IMG/VR virus record: IMGVR_UViG_3300035181_001618
Location: 1 to 64,000 of that record
DNA length: 64,000 bases
Source: an uncultured virus (IMG/VR IMGVR_UViG_3300035181_001618)
Taxonomy: Duplodnaviria; Heunggongvirae; Uroviricota; Caudoviricetes
Reading direction: 5' to 3' (one strand)
This document shows positions 63,671 through 64,000 of this stretch, piece by piece. Made by a program: the position numbers and the translations under genes. How positions within the stretch are numbered: position 1 is the first letter of the stretch; each line of letters opens with the position of its first letter. The notes under the pieces were generated by a model that was not told the origin of the DNA, did no database searches, and saw only the letters and a program-made list of their open reading frames with translations.

Positions 63671-64000
63671 GCAAGCGAGCCGGCAAAGTCCGCCGGCACG
63701 TAGTGGAAAAAGGTTCCCAGTAGCCGGTGCATGTTTGCTGGGAGCTCGTTCCGCCAATGTGGGTCTCGGGTACCTGCATAGAACACAGCGTCGCCTACGT
63801 TGAGCTTGGCAGCATGCGGCACTCCGTTGACTTCGATGAAGAGCGGCCACTCCTTAGGGTCAGCGCTTGACGGGTCGACACCTAAGATGACGGACGCGTT
63901 GTAAACGCACTGCGGCCTGTCAGTGTGCCGCGGCAGCACGGTACCTGCCTCATATGCTGCTGTAAAGCTATAGCTGGTCTTGATGTCAGCGTCAAGCACG
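63667..64000 (-). CDS. 2OG-Fe(II) oxygenase-like protein (5' end outside window)
   Basis: LPRHTDR (HxD), WPLFIE, GDAVFYAG, HWR. Confidence 0.75.
   Translation of the reverse strand, partial: VLDADIKTSYSFTAAYEAGTVLPRHTDRPQCVYNASVILGVDPSSADPKEWPLFIEVNGVPHAAKLNVGDAVFYAGTRDPHWRNELPANMHRLLGTFFHYVPADFAGSLA

Overview
A 64 kb segment of a large, fairly GC-rich lytic dsDNA phage with T4-like gene content, probably a jumbo myovirus. The left arm (1-29.5 kb, mostly minus strand) holds RNA ligase 1, a dNMP kinase, two-subunit topoisomerase II, a PNK-type kinase, a 5'-nucleotidase and an intact NAD salvage pair (NAMPT plus NMNAT-Nudix). It also has two decayed coenzyme-A pathway genes (CoaE-CoaD fusion; CoaB plus class II aldolase-like), a dCMP-hydroxymethylase-like/NDT/dTMP-kinase cluster, and two GT2-TPR glycosyltransferases, one fused to a SAM methyltransferase. 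Divergent from these, a plus-strand block (29.6-46.5 kb) encodes three G-P-T collagen fibre proteins, three tandem fibre paralogues and large adhesins with domains resembling PEP-CTERM surface proteins. Next come an atypical C5-cytosine methyltransferase, nrdA/nrdB/glutaredoxin, and a second fibre/beta-propeller block (55-63.7 kb). The best candidate new system is phage-encoded glycosylation (plus methylation) of collagen-like virion fibres, resembling BclA/SgtA of bacterial spores. Other signals: stand-alone mini-genes carrying major-capsid (gp23/Gol-like) motifs, a dispersed ALKLQQxLIDA peptide, TAAATA late promoters that appear to make leaderless mRNAs, and a hairpin-rich non-coding stretch at 9.2-9.8 kb. 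No tRNA, rRNA or CRISPR array was seen. All family calls come from motif recognition by eye; no searches were run.
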